Shown: in pieces, positions 19,078 through 28,132 of the stretch | How the letters are laid out: each line of letters opens with the position of its first letter | Position numbering within the stretch: position 1 is the first letter of the stretch | Assembly: GCA_964625625.1 (NCBI GenBank) | Contig: CAZVEG010000004.1 | Location: 11,612 to 75,611 of the forward strand | Source: an uncultured Leptospirales bacterium | GTDB taxonomy: Bacteria; Spirochaetota; UBA4802; UBA5368 | DNA length: 64,000 bases | Direction: 5' to 3' | Made by a program: the position numbers and the translations under genes | Notes under the pieces: generated by a model | Database searches by the model: none | What the model was told of the DNA's origin: nothing | The model's input: only the letters and a program-made list of their open reading frames with translations

Positions 19078-19607
19078 AGAAGATAATACTTGGAATCTCA
19101 TCGTCCATCGCCGCGTACAAGGCCTGCGATCTCACGCGCCTCTTCGTGAAGGCGGGATATTCGGTCAATTGCGTCCTGACCGAGAACGCCGTTCGCCTGG
19201 TCACGCCGCTCACGCTCGAGACGCTCTCCGGAAACCCGGTATACACCGAGACCTTCGCCCGCGAGCGCAGGGCGATGGGGCACATCGAGCTCAAGGACGA
19301 CGCCGCGCTCATGGTGGTGGCGCCGGCCACGGCCAACATCCTGGGTAAATTCGCGAACGGTATCGCCGACGACCTTCTCAGCACCACCTTCCTCTCCGTG
19401 CTCTGCCCGGTGGTCATCGCGCCGGCGATGAACCCGAATATGTGGCAGCACCGCGCGGTCCAGGAAAATATCGCGAAGCTCAAATCATGGGGGGTGCGCT
19501 TTGTGGAGCCCGCCGAGGGGCCGGTGGCCTGCGGCGATTTCGGATACGGAAAACTCGCCGAGGTCGAGACCATCTACAGGGCTGCCGTCGATGTCCTTGA
19601 GGGATAG
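19074..19607 (+). CDS. coaC: Phosphopantothenoylcysteine decarboxylase (flavoprotein, CoaC domain)
   Basis: MKKIILGISSSIAAYKACDLTRLFVKAGYSVNCVLTENA...PAMNPNMW...CGDFGYGKLAE. Start ATG overlaps the mutL stop (ATGA). Confidence 0.8.
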   Translation: MKKIILGISSSIAAYKACDLTRLFVKAGYSVNCVLTENAVRLVTPLTLETLSGNPVYTETFARERRAMGHIELKDDAALMVVAPATANILGKFANGIADDLLSTTFLSVLCPVVIAPAMNPNMWQHRAVQENIAKLKSWGVRFVEPAEGPVACGDFGYGKLAEVETIYRAAVDVLEG

Positions 19608-20274
19608 GAAGATCATCGTCACCGGCGGTCCCACGCGCGAGTGGATAGACCCGGTGCGGTACATATCGAACGCGTCGTCGGGCAAGATGGGTGTGGCGCT
19701 CGCGGACGCGGCGCATGCGGTATCAGGTGAAACGGTCTTCATCCACGGGCCAATGGACAATTCGCTTCTGTCCGGAAGGCCATTTCGCATAACCGGAGTG
19801 GAGTCCACGGAAGACCTTCTGGAAGCGGTGATGGGCGAGCTTACCGGCGGCGCCGTGCTCATCATGGCGGCCGCGCCCGCGGACTACCGTCCGGCCGAGA
19901 GATCGAACCTCAAGATAAAGAAGAGCTCGGACGAGCTCAGAATAGACCTGGTAAAGAATCCCGACATCCTGAAAACCGTCGCGTCGAGAAAGGCCGCGGA
20001 TCCATCCCTCGCAGGACTCTTTGTCGTCGGTTTCGCCGCCGAAACGCACGATGTCGAGGCCTACGCCCTCTCGAAGCTGAAGGAAAAAGACCTGGACATG
20101 ATCTGCCTGAACGATGTAGCGAGGGAGGGGGCCGGCTTCTCGACGGATACCAATATCGTAGTCGTCTTTACGCGCGACGGCGAACGGCTCGACTTTCCGC
20201 TGATGACGAAGAGGGATCTGGCCGCGGGCATTCTCGAAAAGATCGAAGCCGAACTCGGCAGGCGCGACAGGTAG
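19591..20274 (+). CDS. coaB: Phosphopantothenate--cysteine ligase (CoaB domain), separate ORF in a different frame from coaC
   Basis: RKIIVTGGPTREWIDPVRYISNASSGKMG is the CoaB signature. ATG at 19591 overlaps the coaC stop by 17 nt in another frame. It cannot be decided from sequence alone whether this is a natural split or a frameshift. Confidence 0.7.
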   Translation: MSLRDRKIIVTGGPTREWIDPVRYISNASSGKMGVALADAAHAVSGETVFIHGPMDNSLLSGRPFRITGVESTEDLLEAVMGELTGGAVLIMAAAPADYRPAERSNLKIKKSSDELRIDLVKNPDILKTVASRKAADPSLAGLFVVGFAAETHDVEAYALSKLKEKDLDMICLNDVAREGAGFSTDTNIVVVFTRDGERLDFPLMTKRDLAAGILEKIEAELGRRDR

Positions 20275-20350
20275 GGGGATCGCTCCCCGCCCGGGGGCCC
20301 GCGCGGCTTCCGGGGCGAGGGGACCGCTCCCCGCCTACAGGGAGGTTCGT

Positions 20351-21172
20351 ATGTGGCACAGAAAGCCGGCGGTCGCCGGTTCGTTCTATCCCTCAAACCC
20401 CGGAAAACTATCGGCCGATATCGACGGCTATCTGAAAAACGCTGCGGGAAGCGCGATCGAGGGCGAGCTTTTCGGGATCATCGTTCCGCACGCCGGGTAC
20501 GTTTATTCAGGACCGGTCGCGGCGTACTCGTATAATCTTCTGAAAAGTCTGGATGTGAGAGTGGCGGTCGTGCTTGCGCCCTGTCACCGGGCCCGTTTCG
20601 ACGGAGCGTCCGTCATCCCGTCCGGTCTCTATTCCACTCCTCTGGGTGATGTCACCATCGATGAGGCGATAGGAAACGAGCTGGTCAGGAGCCCACGCAT
20701 GAAGTTCATCCGCGAGGCGCACGACAGCGAGCACTCGCTCGAGGTCCAGGTGCCTTTTCTCCAGCGCGTGCTCGGCGATTTCACTCTCGTTCCGATCGTC
20801 GTCGGAACGACGGACCTCGCGGTGTGCCGCTCGCTGGCCGCGGATATGGCCGAAGTCCTCTCGCGCGAAGAGAGGCGTTTCGTGATCGTCATCTCCACGG
20901 ACCTTTCGCATTACCATCCATACCAGGAGGCCAGGAGGATCGACGGGGTCTTCATCGAAACGCTCAGGCGTTACGACACGGCCGAGCTCTACAGCACCCT
21001 CGGCGCCGACAGGGCACAGGCGTGCGGGGAGGGACCGGTTCTGACAGGCATGGAGCTCGGCAGCCGCATGGGCGCCTCCCGCGTGGAAGTGCTCAAGTAC
21101 GCCAATTCGGGAGATACCGCCGGGGGCAGGGACCAGGTGGTCGGTTATCTGGCGGCCGCGATTGTCAAATAG
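20351..21172 (+). CDS. AmmeMemoRadiSam system protein B (MEMO1-family)
   Basis: HRKPAVAGSFYPSNPGKLSADIDGYL...IIVPHAGYVYSGPVAAYSY is the Memo-like signature; 273 aa. Confidence 0.8.
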   Translation: MWHRKPAVAGSFYPSNPGKLSADIDGYLKNAAGSAIEGELFGIIVPHAGYVYSGPVAAYSYNLLKSLDVRVAVVLAPCHRARFDGASVIPSGLYSTPLGDVTIDEAIGNELVRSPRMKFIREAHDSEHSLEVQVPFLQRVLGDFTLVPIVVGTTDLAVCRSLAADMAEVLSREERRFVIVISTDLSHYHPYQEARRIDGVFIETLRRYDTAELYSTLGADRAQACGEGPVLTGMELGSRMGASRVEVLKYANSGDTAGGRDQVVGYLAAAIVK

Positions 21173-21238
21173 GCGGTGGACCGATCACCGCGGGGTGGCG
21201 GAGGGACCGCCCGGATGCACGGAACCGGAGGGATCAAA

Positions 21239-21814
21239 ATGATCGAACTGAACAGAGAGCAACAGCTCGCTCTGCTCGCGCTGGCGCGCCGGACCATCGC
21301 CGGTGCACTCGACGGGAAAGGCCTGCCGGAGGCCGATATGGCCGATGAATTCGGCGATCCGATCTTCGCCGAAAAATGCGGTGCGTTCGTTACCCTGCAT
21401 GCCGGTGGCGCGCTGCGGGGATGCATCGGTTATATCAGGGGCATCAAGACCATACCCGAAACGATCATAGACATGGCGAACGCTTCGGCGTTCAGGGACC
21501 CGCGCTTTCCCCCGCTCAGGAAGCAGGAATACGAGCTCATCGATATAGAGATATCCATCATGTCCCCGATTGAAGAGGTTCGGGACGTGTCCGAGATCGT
21601 CGTCGGTCGCGACGGGCTCATTATAAGCGCCGGTCACCGCTCGGGGCTGCTTCTTCCCCAGGTGGCCACCGAATATGGCTGGGACAGGAAAACCTTCCTC
21701 GAGCATACGTGTTACAAGGCGGGCCTGCCGGGAGACGCCTGGCGGGCGAAAGGTACAAAGATAGAAAAGTTCGCCGCCCAGGTTTTCGGAGAGAAGGAGC
21801 TCGGCCTCCGGTAA
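21239..21814 (+). CDS. AMMECR1-domain protein (AmmeMemoRadiSam system protein A)
   Basis: LALARRTIAGAL...CGAFVTLHAGGALRGCIGYI...DPRFPPL; RBS GGAGGGA upstream of the ATG at 21239. Confidence 0.8.
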   Translation: MIELNREQQLALLALARRTIAGALDGKGLPEADMADEFGDPIFAEKCGAFVTLHAGGALRGCIGYIRGIKTIPETIIDMANASAFRDPRFPPLRKQEYELIDIEISIMSPIEEVRDVSEIVVGRDGLIISAGHRSGLLLPQVATEYGWDRKTFLEHTCYKAGLPGDAWRAKGTKIEKFAAQVFGEKELGLR

Positions 21815-21882
21815 CTTTCCGTAAAGCGCGGCCTCCCGAAGCACGATAATGAACTGTACGGCACCGGAAGAGGAGATTCAAT

Positions 21883-22326
21883 ATGAAAAAGATCGTTTTC
21901 GCGTTTATCGCCATCGCCCTCGTCGCGACGGGCTGTAAAAAAGCCGAAAGAACACCCGAACCCGCCCTTGTGATCTCGAAATGGGCGCGGGCGATCCAGG
22001 ACCAGAATTACCAGGGCTACACCCTGTGTGAAGCATACCCGAAAAGTGAGGCGGTTTTCAGGGACATGTACCGGGACTATTATCTGACCGATCTGATGGT
22101 TACGTCGGTAGAGGATGCCGACGAGAAAGATATCAGGAAGGACCAGGACGGGAATCCGTTTATGTACCGCTCGCTTTCCTTCGAGGCGAGCGCCGTCAGG
22201 AGAGCGACCGGTCGCCCGTATCAGGTGGTGCGCGGAGAAGCCGTATTCATTAAGTTCACCGAGGGGAAAATGGCCGCCAGGGGATGGCTCATGTCCAACA
22301 GGACTTTCATCACCATCAACCGGTGA
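21883..22326 (+). CDS. Hypothetical lipoprotein
   Basis: Signal peptide plus lipobox (IALVATGC); 147 aa; RBS GGAGGAG upstream. Confidence 0.55.
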   Translation: MKKIVFAFIAIALVATGCKKAERTPEPALVISKWARAIQDQNYQGYTLCEAYPKSEAVFRDMYRDYYLTDLMVTSVEDADEKDIRKDQDGNPFMYRSLSFEASAVRRATGRPYQVVRGEAVFIKFTEGKMAARGWLMSNRTFITINR

Positions 22327-22754
22327 GCCGGCACCGGGTATGTCACCGGTTGAACGGTGCCGCAGAGGGTGTGCCGGGGAATTGGCCGGACGGCGGGCGG
22401 GCTTGAGAAATCCCGGTTGTTGCCGGAGTCGAAATTCCGTATATTAGACTTGTTGCGTAACTGAAAAAATGTCATCGCGAGGAGGCCGGAGGCCGACGTG
22501 GCGATCTCAAAAGCCAATACCTTGATTCATGGAACCCGGTACGTAGAGAGATTGTGCTGGCCAAGACGGCCGAGTGCCGCGGAGCACACGGATGTGCGTG
22601 AACGGCCCACGCCCCGATACGGCTGGGGCTCGCAATGACACTCGGTAAAGCAACAGCTCTGTTTAATGGTGGATGCGCGGCGAGCCGATAGTATTCCGCG
22701 CGAGGGATATACCCGGGGCCACGGCGTACAGCGCGGCCCCGCCGATCGCTGGTT

Positions 22755-24677
22755 ATGATGAAGTACAGGATAAGAAAGAAAACCCCGGCATTCGTGCTTA
22801 TCGTGATCATGGCGATGTCGACCGTGGCGCGCCCCCAGAGCGTGGCGGAGCTCGATCGCCGCGCGGACGAATACTACAAGAACAAGGAATTCACCCGGGC
22901 CCTGGGGGAATGGCTGCGCATACTGGAGCTCGAGCCTGACAACGAGAACATCCAGAAGAAGATCGAGATACTCTACGAGGAAAAACACCGCAAGGATCTG
23001 GCGTACCAGAAGGCGCGATTCCACTACCGGCTGGCCCGGCAGGAGCTCCCCGTGGATGTTCAGCAGGCCAAGGACGACTCGGATGTGGCGATTGAGAATT
23101 TCGTCGCCGCGTACAGGATCGATCCGGCGGATCCGGATCTGCAACTCATGCGCGAGGACATGCGCAAACTCCAGGAAGAGGTCCGCATCGAACTCGCGAA
23201 GAAGCGGCTTTCGGAAGAGCTCAAGAAACGCTATATAGCCCTTATGGAGGACGCCGGGGCGAAGATGAAATCCATGGAATTCGAACGGGCCCTTGAGAAC
23301 TACAAGGAGGTGCTGGACTTCGTTCCCAACGATACCGCGGCGCTCGAAGGCCTGCGCAACGCGGAAATGGCCATCTCGAACCGGCTCAAATATGAAAAGA
23401 TACAGCTTCTTCTGGCCGCCGGGATCGCGCTTTTCGGGGAAAAGAAGTACAAGGACGCGCGGAACGATTTCGAGGAGGTCCTGACGCTCGATATCAAGAA
23501 CCGTGAGGCCAAGAGATACATAGACCAGATCGACGAACTGCTCGAATCCAACAGGAATATGGAGCTGAAGCGCATCCAGGCGGAACAGTTCTATCTCTCC
23601 GGCATCGAAAACATACGCAAAAAGAACTTCGATCAGGCGGCTGACGATTTTGAGAACGCCCTTTCGCTGATAAAGAACTACAAGGACGCGCGCGCGCGGC
23701 TTGATGGCCTGGACCGCCTCCGGAAGGAATACGCCGAGGAGCAGCGCCTGCTGCGGCTGAGGAACATCGACCGCGAATTCCAGAACGGGCTTCTGGCGTA
23801 TTCGGAGGGGAGATACAAGGAGGCGCTTTCTTCCCTGGAAAAGACGCTTGCCCTGGACGCCGGCAACGAGCTGGCGAAGAAGTACATAGTCATGGTGAAG
23901 GAAGCGATACGCGATATAGAGGAGGAGGTCGTTGACGCGGACTCACCCTACTACAGTATCGTCAACCCGCTTATCATATCCGGAAAGCAGCTCTATGACA
24001 GGGGTAATTACATCGAGTCGCGCAGACGGTGGGAGGAGATACTCCGGCTTTTCCCGAAGAACCGAATCGCCCTCGAATTTCTGCTGAAATGCGAGCTCGC
24101 ACTCAACCCGGCGGCCTTCCAGGATTTCGCCCAGAAGATAGTTGACGAAGGCAAGGGGCTCCTCGACGCCAGGAAATTCGCGCAGGCTCTCTCCAAGTTC
24201 GAATTGATTCGCTCGATATCCGCGGACTACCCCGGCATAAACGATCTCATCGCCACGGCGAAGCGGGGAACCGAGAGGACCGCGCCCGCCGGCGTCAACC
24301 AGCAGGAGATCGAGGCGCGTTACGCCCAGGGAATGGAGCTATATCAGCGCGGCGGCAGGGAGAACATCGAGGCGGCGCTCGGCCACTTCCGCTGGATCGC
24401 GGCGCGCGACCCGAACCACGCCAGGTCGCTCATCGCGATGAACAGGATCGAGTCGCAGCTGCGCTTCGGCGGGGGGGAGGCCGTGCGGGAGAGGGGAGGC
24501 CTCACCGATAAACAGAAAGAGCTCGTGCGCACTTATTATTACAACGGAATCAATTATTACACCAACAACAATTTCGACAAGGCGATCGAGGAATGGCGCA
24601 AGGTGCTGGTGATAGATCCCACGCACGAAAAGGCCAGAAACAATATACGCAAAAGTCTGGTACTGCTAGGAAGGTGA
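22755..24677 (+). CDS. Large secreted TPR-repeat protein
   Basis: 640 aa with an N-terminal signal peptide and many TPR-like repeats (YYKNKEFTRALGEWLRILELEPDNENIQKK...). Its stop is 1 nt overlapped (TGATG) with the next gene's start. Confidence 0.7.
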   Translation: MMKYRIRKKTPAFVLIVIMAMSTVARPQSVAELDRRADEYYKNKEFTRALGEWLRILELEPDNENIQKKIEILYEEKHRKDLAYQKARFHYRLARQELPVDVQQAKDDSDVAIENFVAAYRIDPADPDLQLMREDMRKLQEEVRIELAKKRLSEELKKRYIALMEDAGAKMKSMEFERALENYKEVLDFVPNDTAALEGLRNAEMAISNRLKYEKIQLLLAAGIALFGEKKYKDARNDFEEVLTLDIKNREAKRYIDQIDELLESNRNMELKRIQAEQFYLSGIENIRKKNFDQAADDFENALSLIKNYKDARARLDGLDRLRKEYAEEQRLLRLRNIDREFQNGLLAYSEGRYKEALSSLEKTLALDAGNELAKKYIVMVKEAIRDIEEEVVDADSPYYSIVNPLIISGKQLYDRGNYIESRRRWEEILRLFPKNRIALEFLLKCELALNPAAFQDFAQKIVDEGKGLLDARKFAQALSKFELIRSISADYPGINDLIATAKRGTERTAPAGVNQQEIEARYAQGMELYQRGGRENIEAALGHFRWIAARDPNHARSLIAMNRIESQLRFGGGEAVRERGGLTDKQKELVRTYYYNGINYYTNNNFDKAIEEWRKVLVIDPTHEKARNNIRKSLVLLGR

Positions 24678-26317
24678 TGATGGGCGCGGATGACAGAAAG
24701 AAAAAATCGGGCGAGGACCGTCCCGGGACGGAGAAGGGCGGCTCCGGCTCCCGAAAGAGGGAAGAGAAAGGCAAAGCCGCCAGGGGGGCGGTCGCGCGCA
24801 GGGAAGGGCCGAAGGTGAGGTTCGGCCTCAGGATGAAGTTTTCCCTGGCCATCATTACGCTCGTGTCGATCGTCATCGTCATCATGACACTCTATTTTAT
24901 ACGCACGGAGAGCGCGCTCCTGAAGGCCGAAATCATAAAATTCGCCGAGCGCGAGATCGAGCATCTCACCAATACGGCCCAGGAATCCATCAGCGCCAAG
25001 GACGAGCTCGCGCTGATCGCGGCCGTCCGTAACGTACAGAAGATAACGTCGATTCGTTACGTATACATCTTCGACCCCAATGGAAGGATCATACAGAACT
25101 TCGATCCGGAAAAAAACGGAACCGACATGGAGGACGACGATGTAACTCGAAAGGCGAAGGAATACGCGGAGACGGAGCGCCCTCTCATGCTCGATTTCCC
25201 TGACCCGGTCGAGAAGGGCGGAATCATCTACGATTTTTCAAAACCGGTGCTCCACACGCTGTTCAAGAACCGGATCGCCACCGTCCGCATGGGATTTTCC
25301 GACCGGATTATCCGCGACCAGATCGCCGAGGTAACGAGGAACATAATGGTAATCGCCGTCTTTTTCCTCGTCGCGGCGATGGTCGGATCTTTCATACTTG
25401 CCAGCGTGACCATCAAGCCGATCCGAAAGCTCTCCGAGGGGGCCGCGGTCATTTCGACGGGCGACCTGGAATACAAGATCAATATCAACAGGTCCGACGA
25501 ACTGGGCCTGCTCGCCAATGATTTCAACATGATGACCGAGAAGCTGAAAAAAGCGAAGGAAATGGAGATCGAGTCCAGGATCATGGAAGAGCAGCTCGAA
25601 CTGGCGAAGGAAATCCAGGAGGGGCTGAACCCCATGGGATTTTACGATAAGGGCGGAATTCAGATAAAGGGATTCACCAAGGCCGCCAAGGGCGTTGGCG
25701 GGGATTATTTCGATTATATCGATATCGGCGAATCGAGGGTGGGGGCGCTCATCAGCGACGTGTCAGGCAAGGGGGTGCCGGCGTCGCTCGTGATGGTCAT
25801 GATACGCACCGTTTTCACCAATTCGATCAAGAACAACAAGCGCGTCGACTGCGCCACCATCGTACGTTCCATCAATGACGCGCTCAGCGCGGATTTCGCG
25901 GTGGACAAGTTCGCCACGCTTTTTTTCATGATTTACAACCGGGAGACCGGGGAACTGTCTTTCTCCAATGCGGGGCACGGGCCGCTGTTCTGTTACCGGG
26001 CGTCGCTGGGCAAGTGCACGGTGACGAACCTGGAGGGAATGCCCATCGGAATCACGGAGGATGTCGAATACCTTCATGCCAAGGTGCGACTCGATCCGGG
26101 CGATATCGTGGTGCTGTACACCGACGGCGTTTCGGAGATGCGCAACGAGAACCGGGAGGAATACGGCAGCCCGCGACTGCAGAAGCTTTTGATGGCAAGC
26201 AGCGATCTCAACGCGCAGGAGATAGTTGAAAGAATAGTCGAGGATGTCACGACCTTCCAGGGAGCGGCGCCGCCCCATGACGACATGACGACGCTGGTCC
26301 TGAAGAGGGTTTCCTGA
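24677..26317 (+). CDS. Membrane HAMP-domain PP2C/SpoIIE-type serine phosphatase (RsbU-like)
   Basis: Lys/Arg/Glu-rich N-terminus, then TM - sensor-like region - TM - HAMP (IKPIRKLSEGAAVISTGDLEYKININRSDELGLLANDFNMM). PP2C motifs KGVGGDYFDYIDIG...ISDVSGKGVPASLVMV and YTDGVSE. Start taken at the ATG coupled to the upstream stop, with RBS AGGAAGG. Confidence 0.8.
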   Translation: MMGADDRKKKSGEDRPGTEKGGSGSRKREEKGKAARGAVARREGPKVRFGLRMKFSLAIITLVSIVIVIMTLYFIRTESALLKAEIIKFAEREIEHLTNTAQESISAKDELALIAAVRNVQKITSIRYVYIFDPNGRIIQNFDPEKNGTDMEDDDVTRKAKEYAETERPLMLDFPDPVEKGGIIYDFSKPVLHTLFKNRIATVRMGFSDRIIRDQIAEVTRNIMVIAVFFLVAAMVGSFILASVTIKPIRKLSEGAAVISTGDLEYKININRSDELGLLANDFNMMTEKLKKAKEMEIESRIMEEQLELAKEIQEGLNPMGFYDKGGIQIKGFTKAAKGVGGDYFDYIDIGESRVGALISDVSGKGVPASLVMVMIRTVFTNSIKNNKRVDCATIVRSINDALSADFAVDKFATLFFMIYNRETGELSFSNAGHGPLFCYRASLGKCTVTNLEGMPIGITEDVEYLHAKVRLDPGDIVVLYTDGVSEMRNENREEYGSPRLQKLLMASSDLNAQEIVERIVEDVTTFQGAAPPHDDMTTLVLKRVS

Positions 26318-26320
26318 CGG

Positions 26321-26656
26321 TTACAGCAGTTCGTCCTCGCTTTCGTATATTTTGAAAAATTTGTCAAGCGTGGCGAGCTTGAGGATGTTCAGAACATCGT
26401 CGTGTATGTTCACGAGGGCGAATTTCCCGCTGTGGGCCTTCATCTTTTTCTGTCCGGCCACGAGCGCGCCGATTCCCGAAGAGTCCATGTAATTGACGTT
26501 CTTGAGGTCGACTATCACGCTGGAATGCTTGCCGTCCGTTATGCTGAAAAGAGCCTTTTTCAACTCGCTGACGTTATAGAGGTCAACTTCGCCGCTTACC
26601 TGTACTATTTTATGCTCTCCCAGGTCTTTAAATTCTATTTCCATCAGCCCCTCCAA
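26321..26656 (-). CDS. STAS-domain anti-sigma-factor antagonist (SpoIIAA/RsbV-like)
   Basis: 111 aa; VSGEVDLYNVSELKKAL...VIVDLKNVNYMDSSGIGALV matches the STAS/SpoIIAA fold, including the conserved DSSG phospho-serine motif. Confidence 0.8.
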   Translation of the reverse strand: MEGLMEIEFKDLGEHKIVQVSGEVDLYNVSELKKALFSITDGKHSSVIVDLKNVNYMDSSGIGALVAGQKKMKAHSGKFALVNIHDDVLNILKLATLDKFFKIYESEDELL

Positions 26657-26866
26657 ATCGCTCCATCTAAAGATGATTCACTGTTATTTTACGGCAAGAC
26701 CCCTTTCCGGCATAAGAGGAGATACTACTCTTTCCGGCGGGAACATGTCAACGCAAAAAAATTTAAACGGTGAATTTGCCGCTCAATCGCGGTCACCCGC
26801 AGGGCCGGTAAGGCGACAGTCCACTGTATCGGACGCGGGCTCGCGTAAAGAATAAAAATCAGACGG

Positions 26867-27943
26867 TTATGCATTTCTGGAACCGGGGAGGGTGACGGTG
26901 AATTTCACCCATTTACCCTGCTCCGATTCAACCGCGATGCTACCGTTATGTTTTTCCGTTATGGTTTTGCATATATAAAGACCGAGGCCGGTTCCCTTTA
27001 CGCCTTCGGTACCCTTCTGCTTCAGCCGGGAGAAGCGCTGAAACAACCTCGCCTCGATATCCTCCTTCGATATGCCGACGCCCTCGTTAAAGACCGAAAG
27101 CGCAACATCCCCGTTTTTTTCCTCGAGCGTTACCCTGATTTCGGTTTCGGGTTTGCCGTATTTGATGGCGTTGTTGACCAGGTTGGTGACCAGTATCTTC
27201 AACAGATTCGGGTCGCCGTTGATAACGGGTTTCACCCTCAGGTCGGCGGTGATGGGCATCTTTTTCATGTTCGCGACGTGCTCGGGGAGCTCGACCACCG
27301 GCCTGATGACCTCCTCCGCCAGGTCGATCGGCTGGGCGAATGCCTCAATGTTGTTGAGCTCCATTTTCGACAGGTCGAGGTAGTTTCGAATGATGTCCTC
27401 GAGGTACTGGCAGTTGCGTAATATGGTCTCGATGGTCTTTTCCTGGCCGGGGTCCAGCTTGCCGAAGTAGCCCTTGTAGAGCGTTTCGGCCGTTGTGTGT
27501 ACCACCGAGATGGGGCTTTTCAGCTCATGCGACACGATGGACATGAGGTCAAGCATACGCGTCTGGGAGCTGTCCTGCCGGGAAGCGATGGCGTTTTTAA
27601 CGATTTCCCTCAGCTCCTCGGGAGTGAAGGGTTTGGGTATATAGTCGAAGGCGCCGTTTTTGAGCGCCTCGCGCGCGGTCTCCACGGTGGCGTACCCGGT
27701 GAAGATTATGACGGTTACGTCCGGTTGCTCCTTCTGGAGGATCTTCAGTATATCCATCCCACCGAGCTTGGGCATCATCAGGTCGGTGATGACGATGTCG
27801 TATTTTTTGTTTTTCGCCATCTCGAGGCCGTCGATACCCGAGGGGGCGGTGTCGATCTCGTATTCCTCTTTTTTGAGGATTCTCAGGGAACTCTTGAGTA
27901 CGACTTCTTCATCGTCTATGATTAAAATCTTTATCATGGCCAT
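26867..27943 (-). CDS. Hybrid response-regulator/histidine kinase (REC-HisKA-HATPase_c)
   Basis: N-terminal REC (IIDDEEVV...DIVITDLMMP...KPF). H-box SHELKSPIS. HATPase_c N/G boxes (NLVNNAIKY, GTGLGLYI). Confidence 0.85.
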   Translation of the reverse strand: MAMIKILIIDDEEVVLKSSLRILKKEEYEIDTAPSGIDGLEMAKNKKYDIVITDLMMPKLGGMDILKILQKEQPDVTVIIFTGYATVETAREALKNGAFDYIPKPFTPEELREIVKNAIASRQDSSQTRMLDLMSIVSHELKSPISVVHTTAETLYKGYFGKLDPGQEKTIETILRNCQYLEDIIRNYLDLSKMELNNIEAFAQPIDLAEEVIRPVVELPEHVANMKKMPITADLRVKPVINGDPNLLKILVTNLVNNAIKYGKPETEIRVTLEEKNGDVALSVFNEGVGISKEDIEARLFQRFSRLKQKGTEGVKGTGLGLYICKTITEKHNGSIAVESEQGKWVKFTVTLPGSRNA

Positions 27944-28132
27944 TGTGTGCCCTTTTGCGGATACGGAATAACCGCGCTTCTCGCACGGGTTTACGCGATC
28001 CGGTCATCGCAACTCGCCGGTCCCCGGTCCGGAACACGGCGCACCGTATCCGGGAATAAACTGCGACACCGCCTGATGAAATTCAAGCATTTATTGCAAA
28101 AAAGCCGTCCGGCGGATGTCGTACCGTTCATC

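Noticed and set aside
24593-24676. Earlier start (MAQGAG…) for the HAMP-PP2C phosphatase
   Set aside because: This would overlap the 3' end of the TPR gene by 85 nt. The ATG at 24677 is preceded by AGGAAGG and coupled to the TPR stop codon (TGATG), so it is preferred.
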